Translations under genes and position numbers: made by a program
The notes under the pieces: generated by a model
What the model saw: the letters and a program-made list of their open reading frames with translations, nothing else
What the model was told of the DNA's origin: nothing
Database searches by the model: none
Shown: piece by piece, positions 1 through 11,285 of the stretch
Numbering within the stretch: the stretch's first letter is position 1
How the letters are laid out: each line of letters starts with the position of its first letter
NCBI GenBank assembly: GCA_977018835.1
Contig: OZ361256.1
Coordinates: 6,758,001-6,822,000, forward strand
DNA: 64,000 nucleotides
Source: Minutocellus sp. GHC0000111
Taxonomy: Eukaryota
Reading direction: 5' to 3'

Positions 1-27
1 TGTCCCAGGTGAGAATGAGCGCGATGC

Positions 28-1053
28 TTATTTCTTCTTGGCGGCGGTCTTCTTCTTGGTGGTGGTCTTCTTCTTCTTGGGTGCAGTCTTCTTCTTGGTG
101 GCGGCCTGAAGTTGGGGTGTGGGGATGGTATGAAAAAATTAGTGGTTAGGTTCGTGCGACCGGAGGAGGGGACGAGATGCGATATTTTCAAACCAACGAC
201 CGATCCGACCGACCCGACGGTGCTTACCTTCTTCTTGGGGGCGGTCTTCTGTTGGGTCGGATGAGGGTGGGGGAAGAAAATACAAGGAAAAGTTAGTTCG
301 AGGGGTCCGGAGGTTCTCGCCGAATCCGTTGGATGAGATTTTAAATTTATTGGGACGAGAGGTGAAAATGTAATGTGACGGTACCAAGCCGACCGCATCC
401 ACGCACCTTCTTGGGGGCAGCCTTCTTCTTGGGAGGGGCGGTGAGCTTCTTCTTGGCCTCGGGGGAGAGCTTGTAGGAGGCCTTGACCATGACGAGGTCG
501 CCGGACTCAACTCCCTTCTTGAGGGCAGCCTTCATGACGTGCTTGGCGGGGAGAGCGACCTAAAGCGAGGGTACCGGACGCACGGGGAGGGTGGGAAGAA
601 TCATTTGTGTGAGTTTGGTGGGCAAAAGAGGGCGATAAAAGGTGAAATGGTTGTGGTCCATTTGCCACGTAGAATTCTACGCCCGTTTTGTACCAGAGAA
701 GGTCCGGAGCGGTATCTCGGCAGGTACTCGGTCGTAGATCGTCGGACCGGACTCCAAACACGTCCCAGGGACGCCCACTACCCAATTCATCGATCGCATC
801 GCCTCTCGGCATCGCTCGTCGGGTGGCAGGGGAGGAAGAATTCCGATTCCCCAACGACCGTTCGGTTGAACTTTCGTGTCAAATAAAAAAAAGAATTCAA
901 GCACAAAACCAATTGCTCCCCTCTTGCCGATCGAACCGACTTGGAGCTCACCTTCTTCTCGTTCTCGATCCACTTGTTGATGGCGGGGATGGAGGAGCCG
1001 GTGCGGTCCTTGAGGGCGAGGATAGCCTCCTTGATGAGAGCGATGGTAGCCAT
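28..1053 (-). CDS. H1: Linker histone H1, 4 exons (1053-952, 559-407, 248-228, 105-28), 117 aa
   Basis: Globular-domain motifs IKEAILALKDRTGSSIPAINKWI and ALKKGVESGDLVMVKASYKL, plus a Lys/Ala/Pro/Thr tail. Three phase-0 GT-AG introns join in frame to a TAA at 28-30. Confidence 0.95.
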
Positions 1054-1404
1054 TTTGATGATGGGGTTGGGGGTTTGATGGTTGGTTTGTGACGAGGGGC
1101 GTGAAGGTGCTGGGATTTGTTAGCGTTGTTTAACGTGGATTCCTATTTCTGAGAGGGTTAGGGTTAGGAGGACGATGAGTGTACGAGGTATTTTTTTGTG
1201 GTAAATATTCTTGTTTTCCAGTTTCACCGTATGAAAAAGTTAGTCGCGCCACTTTCTTCCAACTTTATTAGCTTTCCAAGAAAGCGGGCGAAATCGTGAC
1301 TTTAAGTAGCACAAGAAGTCGGCGCCCGGCTCCTGGCCAGCCACACGCACGACTTTGAGTTGGCTGAGAAAGGAGACAAGCAAGCGTTGGCCATAATCAA
1401 AAAC

Positions 1405-2511
1405 ATGTCGTCGTCGATAAACACATCCAACTTGAGCGCCAAGTACAAATGGAGTACGCATCGCGTCCCCGTCCTTCCGCGCCACGACGATGTGGAATTC
1501 TGACACGAGGCCTCCTTATCGAAACATGACGAAGATGGAGTAGAAGGCGAACAAGTAGCGTCGGAACTTTTGCCGCCATGCACAGAAACGCCGAACCAGA
1601 ACCAGCAGCCACCCAAGAGCTTCCTCATCAGATCCCTCAAGCAGGGATCGACCGGTGCCGTCAAGACGTGGCCGGCGTGCGAGGTTTTGCTCGAGTATCT
1701 GGTCCGACGCGGCGGTCTTCGTGATACCGAAGAAAAGAACGATGCATTGGTCTTGGACATGACGTCCCCACCCTCGCCGTCGTCGTCGATCGACTTCATC
1801 GACACACCGACGATGACCGATGATCCCACGCTCAACATTGTCGAGCTGGGCGGTGGCAACGGCACCCTCGGCGTTGGGTTGGCCATGGCCTTGAATGGTG
1901 TTGATGATAAAAATACGATGAAGAACAAGTCCGGCAAGTCCGGCTTTCAGCCCAACGCCAAGATCATGTGCACCGACTACGACCACCGCACGGTCAAGAA
2001 CATGCGCTTCAACGTGACGCAGCAGCCCAAGGAGTGCAAGATCGGCAAGGCCGTGCGAGCCGAGTCTCTGGACTGGAGTGAAGAAATTGGCGGTGAGGAC
2101 TTTGCTTCCAGGGTTGAGGATCAGTTTGGCGGGGGATCATCAAAGAATGACCAGGAGACGGAGGAGGGAGACGCTGATAACAGCTCGGATGATCCCATGC
2201 AGCTCGTAACGCATGTAGTTGGGAGTGATATTCACTTTGGCCATACCACTTTGGATCCTCTATCGTCCGTCATTGCGGCCTTCAAGCTTCGCAATCCACA
2301 GATCAACGTGACGCTGCTGATGAAGGAACGCAATCCGGAAAATTATGCCGACGTTGCCGATCTTGCGACGGAAATTGAGGTCAAGGTATCGAAGGGATTG
2401 GAGGATGAGGATGACAATTCGACCATTGGAGATGAGCTGCAAGACTTCTCCGTCCGTGTCCGTGATGTGCTTCACGATGAGATTGAGAACATGAAGCTTT
2501 TGGAATGCTGA
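1405..2511 (+). CDS. Class I SAM-dependent methyltransferase (Methyltransf_16/METTL21-like); in-frame TGA at 1501-1503
   Basis: Motifs STGAVKTWPACEVL, IVELGGGNG, CTDY, LDW and VGSDIHF. ATG at 1405 is in frame with the 1570 ORF across a single TGA. Confidence 0.8.
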
Positions 2512-2597
2512 ACTTAAACCAAAACTGATTCTTCAGTATGTACAAGATATTGATATAAAACTTAACACTCTAGTGATACAAGAATCAAAAATGTTTT

Positions 2598-4127
2598 CTA
2601 CAAACCGAGCATAACACCGGCATTCCAATATTTCTCCACCTTGTCTCGTCCCAGATTGACATTCAGTATGTTGAGAAACAAATCCAGCATGAAGGGCAAG
2701 CCCAAATGGTGAGTGCATCTGGGATGCGTCGTAGCAGAGAAGGCACCGTCCATGTGATGATCGCCCGTCAATGCATCCTTCGTCCAAAGACCATCTCCAG
2801 TAGCCCATGGAATCCACGTCGTATGAATCAACATATCGCGAAGTTCACCGATGCTTCTTGGGGTGCGAATGACCGATCGAACGCCCACCATGTCTTTGAT
2901 CGTGGTGATGACATTGATTTTCGACAGCAGGTTGGCATCGGACATGACTGGGGCAGTGACGTTCCTCATTGCGTCGCTCCCTTGCTCATCAGCAGTATCA
3001 GCGGAATTAAACAACAGTCCATCGACAAAGTGCGGAACGACATCATATCGATCGAGTTGGCCCTCCTTCCAACGCCGCTGAACACCAAATGCCAAATCGG
3101 ACATCTCGTGCATACTCTTTCCAGCCAGCGTCGCCACAACGCCCAAACAACCCGCCGAGTAGCAGTAGTACGACTTGGACGCTGGATCGGGTATGCTCTT
3201 GAGCCGGCCCAGGGTGAACCAGTAACCGCTGAATCCTGCCCCGGGCACGTAGACCGAATCAGGATGGATAGGTGCCTCGTGAAGAGAATAGGTGGGATCG
3301 AACGGTAGATCGAAAACACGCTCAGCGACGAGGAGGGCTGCCTCGACCAGGACAAGCAGAGGCAGTATGCGTCGGAAAAGTATCGTTTTCCACGTGGGTG
3401 GTGGCTGATTTCGTCTGATGGGTTCTGAAACCTCTGTATCTGTGGCAGCAAGTGGATGGGCCGTATCAGCATACTGCTCGTCGTCCAGAGTCTTTTCTTT
3501 CTCATCATCCTCGCATTCCTCGCTTTGAATTTTCGCATCGTCTCCAATTTTCGTAGCTTCACCTACCTGAACAGCGGCAGCTACAATGGCAGGATCGATC
3601 GACCCAACCAAGAAGGATGAAGAGGGGGTGACCAAACCGGGCGTGGCTGTGCCATCATCAGATCTACTTCCACGTCCAGTTCTGTTCCTTTTCTCCCCCA
3701 CCTGACCAGCCACCATGAGCAGACTCGATCGTCGCACGTCGTCCAGGTAGTCGCTGACTCGACGGATCATTGGCCTACGAGATTCGGCGACTGCATTCGA
3801 GGGCGGCAGCGGCGGTGCCATGACGATGGATGCAGAGGTAGCATCGGCGATGGCCTCGGTCGACCCATCGCCGGCAATCGTGCTGACTCTCCGTGGAAGT
3901 CCAGTACAAGCCTTCTTGTTGTTGCTGCTGCTGCTTTCATTTTCGGAGATATCATTGAGCGATCGCTTCTTGGACAGACTTTTGCCAACATGATCAGCAT
4001 CTGAAGCATCCTCCACGATGTCCATGGTCACGTCCATCACGGCAGCAGTAGTTGGAGCATTGCCATCACTTTGTGGGACCGCATCGCACTCATCATGCTC
4101 CTCCTCAGGAACAATCGTCGTCGTCAT
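2598..4127 (-). CDS. Patatin-like phospholipase-domain protein with disordered N-terminus and one TM segment
   Basis: 509-aa ORF with a GAGFSG glycine loop, CYSAG nucleophile elbow and DGAF motif; hydrophobic segment ILPLLVLVEAALLVA. Confidence 0.65.
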   Translation of the reverse strand: MTTTIVPEEEHDECDAVPQSDGNAPTTAAVMDVTMDIVEDASDADHVGKSLSKKRSLNDISENESSSSNNKKACTGLPRRVSTIAGDGSTEAIADATSASIVMAPPLPPSNAVAESRRPMIRRVSDYLDDVRRSSLLMVAGQVGEKRNRTGRGSRSDDGTATPGLVTPSSSFLVGSIDPAIVAAAVQVGEATKIGDDAKIQSEECEDDEKEKTLDDEQYADTAHPLAATDTEVSEPIRRNQPPPTWKTILFRRILPLLVLVEAALLVAERVFDLPFDPTYSLHEAPIHPDSVYVPGAGFSGYWFTLGRLKSIPDPASKSYYCYSAGCLGVVATLAGKSMHEMSDLAFGVQRRWKEGQLDRYDVVPHFVDGLLFNSADTADEQGSDAMRNVTAPVMSDANLLSKINVITTIKDMVGVRSVIRTPRSIGELRDMLIHTTWIPWATGDGLWTKDALTGDHHMDGAFSATTHPRCTHHLGLPFMLDLFLNILNVNLGRDKVEKYWNAGVMLGL

Positions 4128-4578
4128 TTTTGTGGCAGGCGATGCAAGCTACGACGATGTGGCTCACTGCGAAATGTATGCTGGTTTGGCTCGAGAGGGG
4201 CGGCAGAGCCAGTGGGCATGGGCGCTTTGTATTTCGTCTCGACCACAATGTTGCAAGCCAACGCTTACGCTTCTTCGAACGACGAGAAAAAATTGCTAAG
4301 TCCGCCTCGTTCCAGTTCTCGCGAGTGACGTGGTTTGAGGCTCTGTCCGTCGACAGTCGACGCCGGAACCGCTTGCAACGCGAAGGCAAGGCGCAAGGAG
4401 CCTCCATCTTCCACTGAGTTGGCAGGATTTTCAATCGTATCGGCTCTACTTGCCAGCTGCGTCAGCAAGAGAAGACATTCATCTGATTCAAGCTGCTTTC
4501 CTTGCAAATATTAAACGATCGGTAGATTTCGATTTCGCAGCACATCTCGTGCCCGTTTATTTTCCACACCGAATCATC

Positions 4579-6910
4579 ATGCAGTGTCAGTGTGCAGCCA
4601 TGATGTCTCTGTGCCATCAGGAATTCGATGAGAATTCCACCTCTTCTCCCATTACTTTGCGCCGAAGCAATCTGAGAAATAGAAGAACGCCAGTACCTGC
4701 CTTGCTTGTATTATTGGCAATACATGGGGCGTCGGCCTTTGTCCCGGCGTCGTCGTGGTCGGCGTTCAGCAACAGCTTGGCTACGAGTAAGCTTTGCGCC
4801 TCAAATGAACCGACGAGCAATCAGCTGTTTGAGATTGATGACGAAGATGATAATGATGACGCCAATTACGACCAGGCGCTTTCCTTTGAAGATATCGATT
4901 ACGACGTTGACTACGACGACGATGATTTGTACTACGACCCACCTGTTGAATCGGACGAGAGCGCCAGCAAGAATCTGCAGGTCGCCGCCTCTTCCGATGG
5001 GGGTCTGATGGCCGATGTCGATTCGTGGAATGACTACCAACGTGACGAGGATGACATCCTGACCGAACGTGAGGACCGTCTCTTTCTTACCGAAGATGGA
5101 AGTTTGGAAGATAAGCCACGCGAGGCGTGCATCCTGGTCGGCGTGGAGGATTTGAGTGCCAAGCGACGGGCCGTCCAGGCGGCACGGAATGCAGGACGAG
5201 AACTATTGCCGGAGGAGGATCAGACCTACTTTACCCTGGAGGAGAGTATGACCGAGATGAGGGAGCTCATCAAGACCTCGGGGATGGAACTGGTGGGAGA
5301 GATCACGCAAAGACTGAACGAGCCCAACCCCAAGACATATGTGGTAAGTCAGTGGGTCTGTGGTTCAGTTGGAGGAATCGGTGTCAATTTTTTGGCTTGC
5401 ACGCATTCAATACTGATAGGTTTGCTGCCGAAATTATTACCCGGCAAGCAGCCATGATACGGATGCAAAATCATACTGTCCAAGCGAGAATCCGCGGCGC
5501 CAGAATCTTTGTCTGTGATTCTGTATACGCCATTTGTTCTCGTTACATCTTTTACCACAATTATCGCTACGTTGTAGGGATCCCTACTCTTTTTTTCTCA
5601 CATTTAATTTGATTCATATTTCTTTTCTCAAACTAATCGACTCATAGGGAACGGGCAAGGTAAAGGAGGCACAAGAGCTCCTTCAGGAAACGGAAAGCTG
5701 CACGGTCGTGTTCGATGCCGAGCTGAGCCCAGGCCAGCAAAAGGCTCTGGAAAATTCGTTCAACAAGAAGTTACTGCAGAATGACTTCTTGGGCGCCGAG
5801 CAAAATGAGATCAAGGTCGTTGACCGGACGGCGTTGATCTTGGATATATTTGCACAGCATGCAAAGACACGTGAGGGTAAACTACAGGTCGATCTAGCCC
5901 TTCATGAGTTTCGCAAGCCTCGGCTGACTAGAATGTGGACCCATCTTGAGCGTCAGAGTGGCGCCGGTGGCGTTGGCCTTCGTGGTCCGGGTGAATCGCA
6001 GCTTGAGATCGATAAGCGTCTGTTGCGGGATCGCATCATCGTCCTCAAGAAGAAGATTGACGATGTTCAGAAGCAGCGCGTTCTGCATCGCAAGGGTCGA
6101 TCGAATGCCGGCTTGCCCATTTTGAGTCTTGTGGGCTACACAAACGCCGGAAAGTCTACGCTACTCAACTACCTTACCAGTGCCGGTGTTATGGCGGAGA
6201 ACATTCTCTTTGCCACCCTCGACCCAACAACCCGCAAGGTGAAGCTTCCGGGTCATAAGACCCATCCAGAAGTTCTTCTCACCGATACCGTCGGATTCAT
6301 CCAAAAGCTTCCCACCCAGCTTGTTGCCGCATTCCGTGCCACGCTGGAAGAGGTTCGCGAAGCGGATGTACTGGTGCATGTGATTGATGTAAGCAATCCC
6401 ATGTGGCCGAAACAGGCAAATGCGGTTCGAACTGTCTTGAATGAGATTGGTGCCGGCGATAAGACCATGGTCCAACTACTGAACAAGATCGATTTGCTAT
6501 CGGCCGAGGATGCCGCTTATTGTCGCAAGGAAATGCGGCAGATGAAGAATGCCGTGGCTGTATCAGCCATTACTGGCGAGGGCATGGAAGACTTTGTTGC
6601 TGTAGCAGAAGAGGCAATGGTGGAGCTACTTGTTCCCGTTGAAATGCTTCTCCCGTACGCCAAGGGTGACGAACTCAACATCATCCACGAAGTAGGAGCT
6701 GTTGAGGAGGTTGCCTACAAGGAGACCGGCACATATATCAAGGGTCGAGTACCTAAGTCGGTCGCGATGCGGCTTCATGAGTTCCGAATCGATGTTGACG
6801 ACGCACCCGCTCCTGGTAAGCAAAAAGTGAAGAAGAGTAAGCAGCAAGAAAGCGAGGAGGAATGGGCCGCTATTGGAAGAGGAAGGCATTCGGCTACTAA
6901 AACAGAGTAA
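4579..6910 (+). CDS. hflX: Plastid-targeted ribosome-associated GTPase HflX; intron 5344-5647; exact start codon uncertain
   Basis: [44 protein letters not shown] and NKID motifs; GASAF cleavage motif; the GTAAGT..ATAG intron joins YV|GTGK. Confidence 0.95.
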
Positions 6911-6973
6911 GCTTTGTAAATATAGAACGTATATGCGAATGTATCCTTATATGATAGAAAGAAGGTTCATTTG

Positions 6974-8338
6974 CTATCTCTTTTGTCCCTGTGGTTGAGA
7001 AATCGCTTCCAGTATCTCACGGAACGGGGCCACGGCTGCATTTCCCGTCGAACGGACCGCTGCTCCTATTCGCTTACGATGACGCCACAGCAAAACTGAG
7101 GAGACGCCGACTGCCACAACCGCAGCTCTATTTGTCCAACGATCTTCGGATTCCCAAAGCGGTTCTACAATATTGCTTTGAAATAATTCCGATAATGACT
7201 GGGAGGCAACTTGGGGGTCTTCTTGGGCATCTTCGTCAAGTGTATCAGTGGCAGCGGCAGTCGATCGAGCTGACGCTTTATCTGCAGCCTGCATAAGCCC
7301 GTCCAATTTCCCGTTGGATAATTCACCAGAGCGATAGATTTCAGCTTGCATTTGAGAAAGATTCTCACCACACTGCTCAAAGATGTTCTCCAAGCATGGG
7401 TGAAATGGTGACGATAGACTACTACCAGTAGTACCGGTCAGAGTCCTCACCAAAACATCGACCGATGATGGCTGGACCTCCTCGGAAATCGCAATTGCCT
7501 CTGATTTGTGCGAGGAACTAGCTGTTGCTCCATTTCGTCCCATTAATTGGTACAACAATGCCTTGCATTCCTCGGCTTTCTCTACTCGAGGCAGCAACTC
7601 CGTCAGAACCAGGTCGATCAACTCTTCACATGCATCCAAAAACCAATCCTTGGAGAGAAGTTCTTCTTGCATAGGAGCATCCAGCTCAAAGATGTGACCG
7701 AGGATATCCAACGCAAATGACAAGGCTTCCCAACGCCATCCCATGGTAGAACAAAACTGAATGTAAATGCACGCCAAACCGATGGGCATCGCCATCTCGC
7801 TGTAATATCGGTGCAGCGTGGAGAGGTCGGAGATGATGTGTTCGTTTCGGCTTCGGCTTTCCTCGACTTCATGGCCAGCACAGGCGTCCCCACCTGCGCT
7901 ATCCATCTCGTAGATGCTTTGAATAGCGATAGCAGCTGCTCTATCATAGACGGACGATTCTTCCGCGAGCCGAACACTCCAAGAGGATGACGAGGTGCTG
8001 GTGCACGCATCAATAGAAGCGGGCGGGTCGGTGGTGCTTCGTGGAGAAGACGAAGTCCCTGCTGGGTTTGACACAGTGCTCTTTTTCAATTCGTCCAGCG
8101 ACCAACCCGGCACCAACATCGAATTACATTGAATAACGTTGTCGCCATCTACTGCATCGCATTCGGTCCCTACGACTGCATCGTGCACCTGCCCTTCCCT
8201 CCGGCCTTGCCCGGTAGCACATGCCGGTTCGTCGCTGCTACTGCCACTTTCGAGGATGCTGTTGGCGAGTCGCAGAGACCGGACGAATTTGCGCCTAACG
8301 AAGGCCGTCTCGGCCTCGTCTATTGTTGCGGGAGGCAT
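6974..8338 (-). CDS. Tail-anchored protein, candidate PEX26/Pex15/APEM9-like peroxin
   Basis: ORF from ATG 8338 with helical motifs (AETAFVRRKF, AIAIQSIYEMD, HRYY..MP, VLTELLP) and a C-terminal TM followed by the basic stretch WRHRKR. Resemblance judged by eye. Confidence 0.45.
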   Translation of the reverse strand: MPPATIDEAETAFVRRKFVRSLRLANSILESGSSSDEPACATGQGRREGQVHDAVVGTECDAVDGDNVIQCNSMLVPGWSLDELKKSTVSNPAGTSSSPRSTTDPPASIDACTSTSSSSWSVRLAEESSVYDRAAAIAIQSIYEMDSAGGDACAGHEVEESRSRNEHIISDLSTLHRYYSEMAMPIGLACIYIQFCSTMGWRWEALSFALDILGHIFELDAPMQEELLSKDWFLDACEELIDLVLTELLPRVEKAEECKALLYQLMGRNGATASSSHKSEAIAISEEVQPSSVDVLVRTLTGTTGSSLSSPFHPCLENIFEQCGENLSQMQAEIYRSGELSNGKLDGLMQAADKASARSTAAATDTLDEDAQEDPQVASQSLSELFQSNIVEPLWESEDRWTNRAAVVAVGVSSVLLWRHRKRIGAAVRSTGNAAVAPFREILEAISQPQGQKR

Positions 8339-9712
8339 ACCTTCGTTGCACTCTAATAATTCGCGGGGTGAGGGGCCGGGGGTGGTCTGGTTGATTTGAG
8401 GCGTTGATGAGTTGTTTTTGTTGTGGAGCCGAAGTGTGCAAGATCTCTTTGTCGTAAATCGGGGTTTTGATTTCCCAAACCTCGGCCGCTCGGCTGTGAA
8501 CATGGAAGCATGGAGCAAGGGCTGAAATCTGTGCCATTTTTCCACCTCGTCGCCAACACATGGATGTAATGTACCAGAAAACCACTGAGATGATGTGCAA
8601 CAGCCAAGCCAACCTCAGTATCTCTTCTCTGTATATGCATCTTGGATAGTGAGCCTTCATTCTGAGGCTTCAACACCTGAAGCTCGCGAAAATCAACAAT
8701 CGGCACATGTCATCGGCCGACCTCGACCTCCATCACGGCTACAATCGCTGAGAAAAGTAACGACGGCGTCGATTGAGTAGGAGGTTGCTCACCTTTGACG
8801 TCATGAAAGATCGCTTTAGTGGTAGTGTCGAGCAATGGCGGGGCAGTATTATTCAGTTCGTGCGCACAAAAGTCGCGAAACGCTGATGCCGTCTCAAAAA
8901 TCAACAATCAGCTTTCGTTGCAAGAAACGGTCCTCAAAGTGGATATGGCTCGCGTGCTCGGAAAAATGCAACTGGAGTGTCTATACAACTTTTGGTATTT
9001 CGTTACTATGATACTACTGGAGCGATCGATTTGCTTGTTTTGCGGGTTGGGTGTCAGCAAGCAGATCTTTTTGTTGGGGCTTTGTGGATTTGCAGTAAAT
9101 TTTCCGGTGTTGGGACAGTCACCAAAATCAGGTGATGTGCAATAGTTCTTCAAATTGAACCGTGGGGTGCTGATTCTCGTTCAATCCTGCCGGAGTATAT
9201 ACTAAAGAGTGGAAGTGCATGTGTTGATTGTTGAGTTTGCGTTTGGAACCCATTGCATTCGTGCACAATGACAAGTAAAACCAGAACTTCGAGATTCTCC
9301 TCAACTTCACCACCGCGATACCACTTTCTCAATAGGTATGCCTATCTACGCCAAATTGACGATAGCGAGGCTTCCATTCGGACGGTATGTATCCACTCTG
9401 AGGTCCCATAGCATTTTCCTGATAATTGGGTTGATAGTTCGGCCAAACTATCTCATGTTGTCATTTTTGGAGGGTAACTTTTATCATTCTTGGAGGTCAA
9501 AATTACCAACATGACGATAGTTTGGGTCCATGCGCGTCCATTCACCACATCAGTACCTTATTCCCACCTACATATGATATGATTTGGCTCATTGATGGAA
9601 AGTTTCACAGGTTTGCTGCAACGATTGGTGGTTTTGTGGGTATCGCAATGTTTCCTGGAAGTCGTCGCCAGATTTCGCATGGTGCCGATTCGAAATACCA
9701 ATATTGATACTG

Positions 9713-11215
9713 AATGACAATACATCACAACTACTCAATGAGGAGGGCATCATTTGACGGCCATTGATGCACTCGAAGAAATTCTATGCTCATGGAAGGT
9801 CCTTTGTACCAGTATGGAATGTAATGGAGGCAAATTGAAATGAAAATTTGACGATTTTATCGTAAATCTCGGTGGTCGTCGACCTCCACGAAGAGTCAGG
9901 GCATACAACTCAACAAAGAATCACGAACTGAATAACACTCGCATAGTGCTTCACCAGAATATGTATCTAGTGGAATTGCACGGGCAGTAGCTGGTGTAGA
10001 ATTGCTTACTTGGCTATTTCTAGACGTTGCTAATATCTGAGAGTAAGGTCGGGGCCGGCGGCAGCCCCGTCGCAACTGCTGTTGATGACTATGGCTTCTA
10101 AACTACATATAGAGTGGACAAGACATCATCTACCTAAAAGTAACTTCTTATACATATACATAGTGGATCAAAAGCAAACAGAACACTCTTGGTTGCGTCG
10201 GCATGCCAAATTTGTCAGTCTCTGAATGTTTCGTGGAAGTCCGACACCGGAATTTCCAGGGCGCTTGTCGAATGCCCAAAATTGATACCGAGTGACGAAG
10301 AATCACAACTACTACATGGCAAGGGTGTTAATCGACGGTTCTGAGTATACATCATCGAAATTTATTCCCGAAAAGTTTCTTTGTTGTGGAAAGATTGCAA
10401 GATAGTGGCGAATTGATGTGAAATTCGAACGATTTCCCCCCTACAAGCATTCTCGGCAGTCGTCGACCTCTACGCACGAATTGTGAGGGTTTATAAATCA
10501 ATAAATAACGATAAACTCAACATCGCTAGCTTGAATCCGTCTTAGGTAGTATATCTGGCGGAATTCTATTAGTAGTAGCCTATTAGAATGGCTTTCTTCG
10601 TCCCTCTATGTACTAGTCACTATTGTGAACTGGTGGGACACGACACCTGAACATTGAGGGCTCTTACCGCAATCATTAGTGTTGACAACAATGGCGAGAA
10701 ATCCCAACTACTGCATGGCAAGGACATCAAACAGCGCGATTTAGTATCACCGAACGATTGGTATGTCCGCGAGAGATCTCTGATTTTGCTGTGAGAAGCA
10801 ACAGAGGCGAATTGGCTTGAAAATCGGTCCATTTTTACCGAATATTCTCAACCATCGACCTCCACGAAGGGGCAGGGTTTATAAATCAAGAAGTAAACAC
10901 GATCTCTATATCACTCGCATAGTGGAGCACCAGGGTATATATCTAGTTGATTTCTATGGCAAGTAACTGTGGTAGAATGGCTTACCTGCTCGCTATTTCC
11001 ATGCTCTTGCTTGGTGCAGGTCAATGTCTCAGAAAAAATATTTGGCGAAAGCTTTTACCTAGCTACGTAGGTAGCTGTCCATGTTACAAATATTGAACAA
11101 CAAGAAATCACAACTACTGCACGAGAACCCAACGGCAAGCTCTATGTGGCTTTGTCTATTCAATGTCTACATTAAAATTAAAATAAGAGTTGCAGTAGAA
11201 TCACTTTCTAGAGTA
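9713..11215. repeat. Degenerate direct-repeat array: three ~300-bp units plus a partial fourth
   Basis: Collinear anchors: ATC(A/C)CAACTACT at 9724, 10302, 10701 and 11107; TCGACCTC(C/T)ACG at 9879, 10463 and 10855; TAGAAT(T/G)GCTT near 9997, 10585 and 10974. Internal spacing is near constant. Confidence 0.8.
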
Positions 11216-11285
11216 CTCTAATTGCGTAGCTAGATGTTATGACCAGCTCCTTGGTGGAGGTCGGTGCCAAGACTTGCCACTGCTC

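Noticed and set aside
1154..1168. AGGGTTAGGGTTAGG telomere-like repeat upstream of histone H1
   Set aside because: Only about 2.5 units; at most a telo-box-like promoter motif, not a telomere or fusion scar.
1501..1503. In-frame TGA as selenocysteine in the methyltransferase
   Set aside because: No convincing SECIS in the short 3' region, the position is not catalytic, and similar stops (including TAG) occur in other genes.
9713..11215. CRISPR-like array
   Set aside because: Units are long and degenerate rather than identical short repeats with unique spacers; no cas genes; eukaryotic context.
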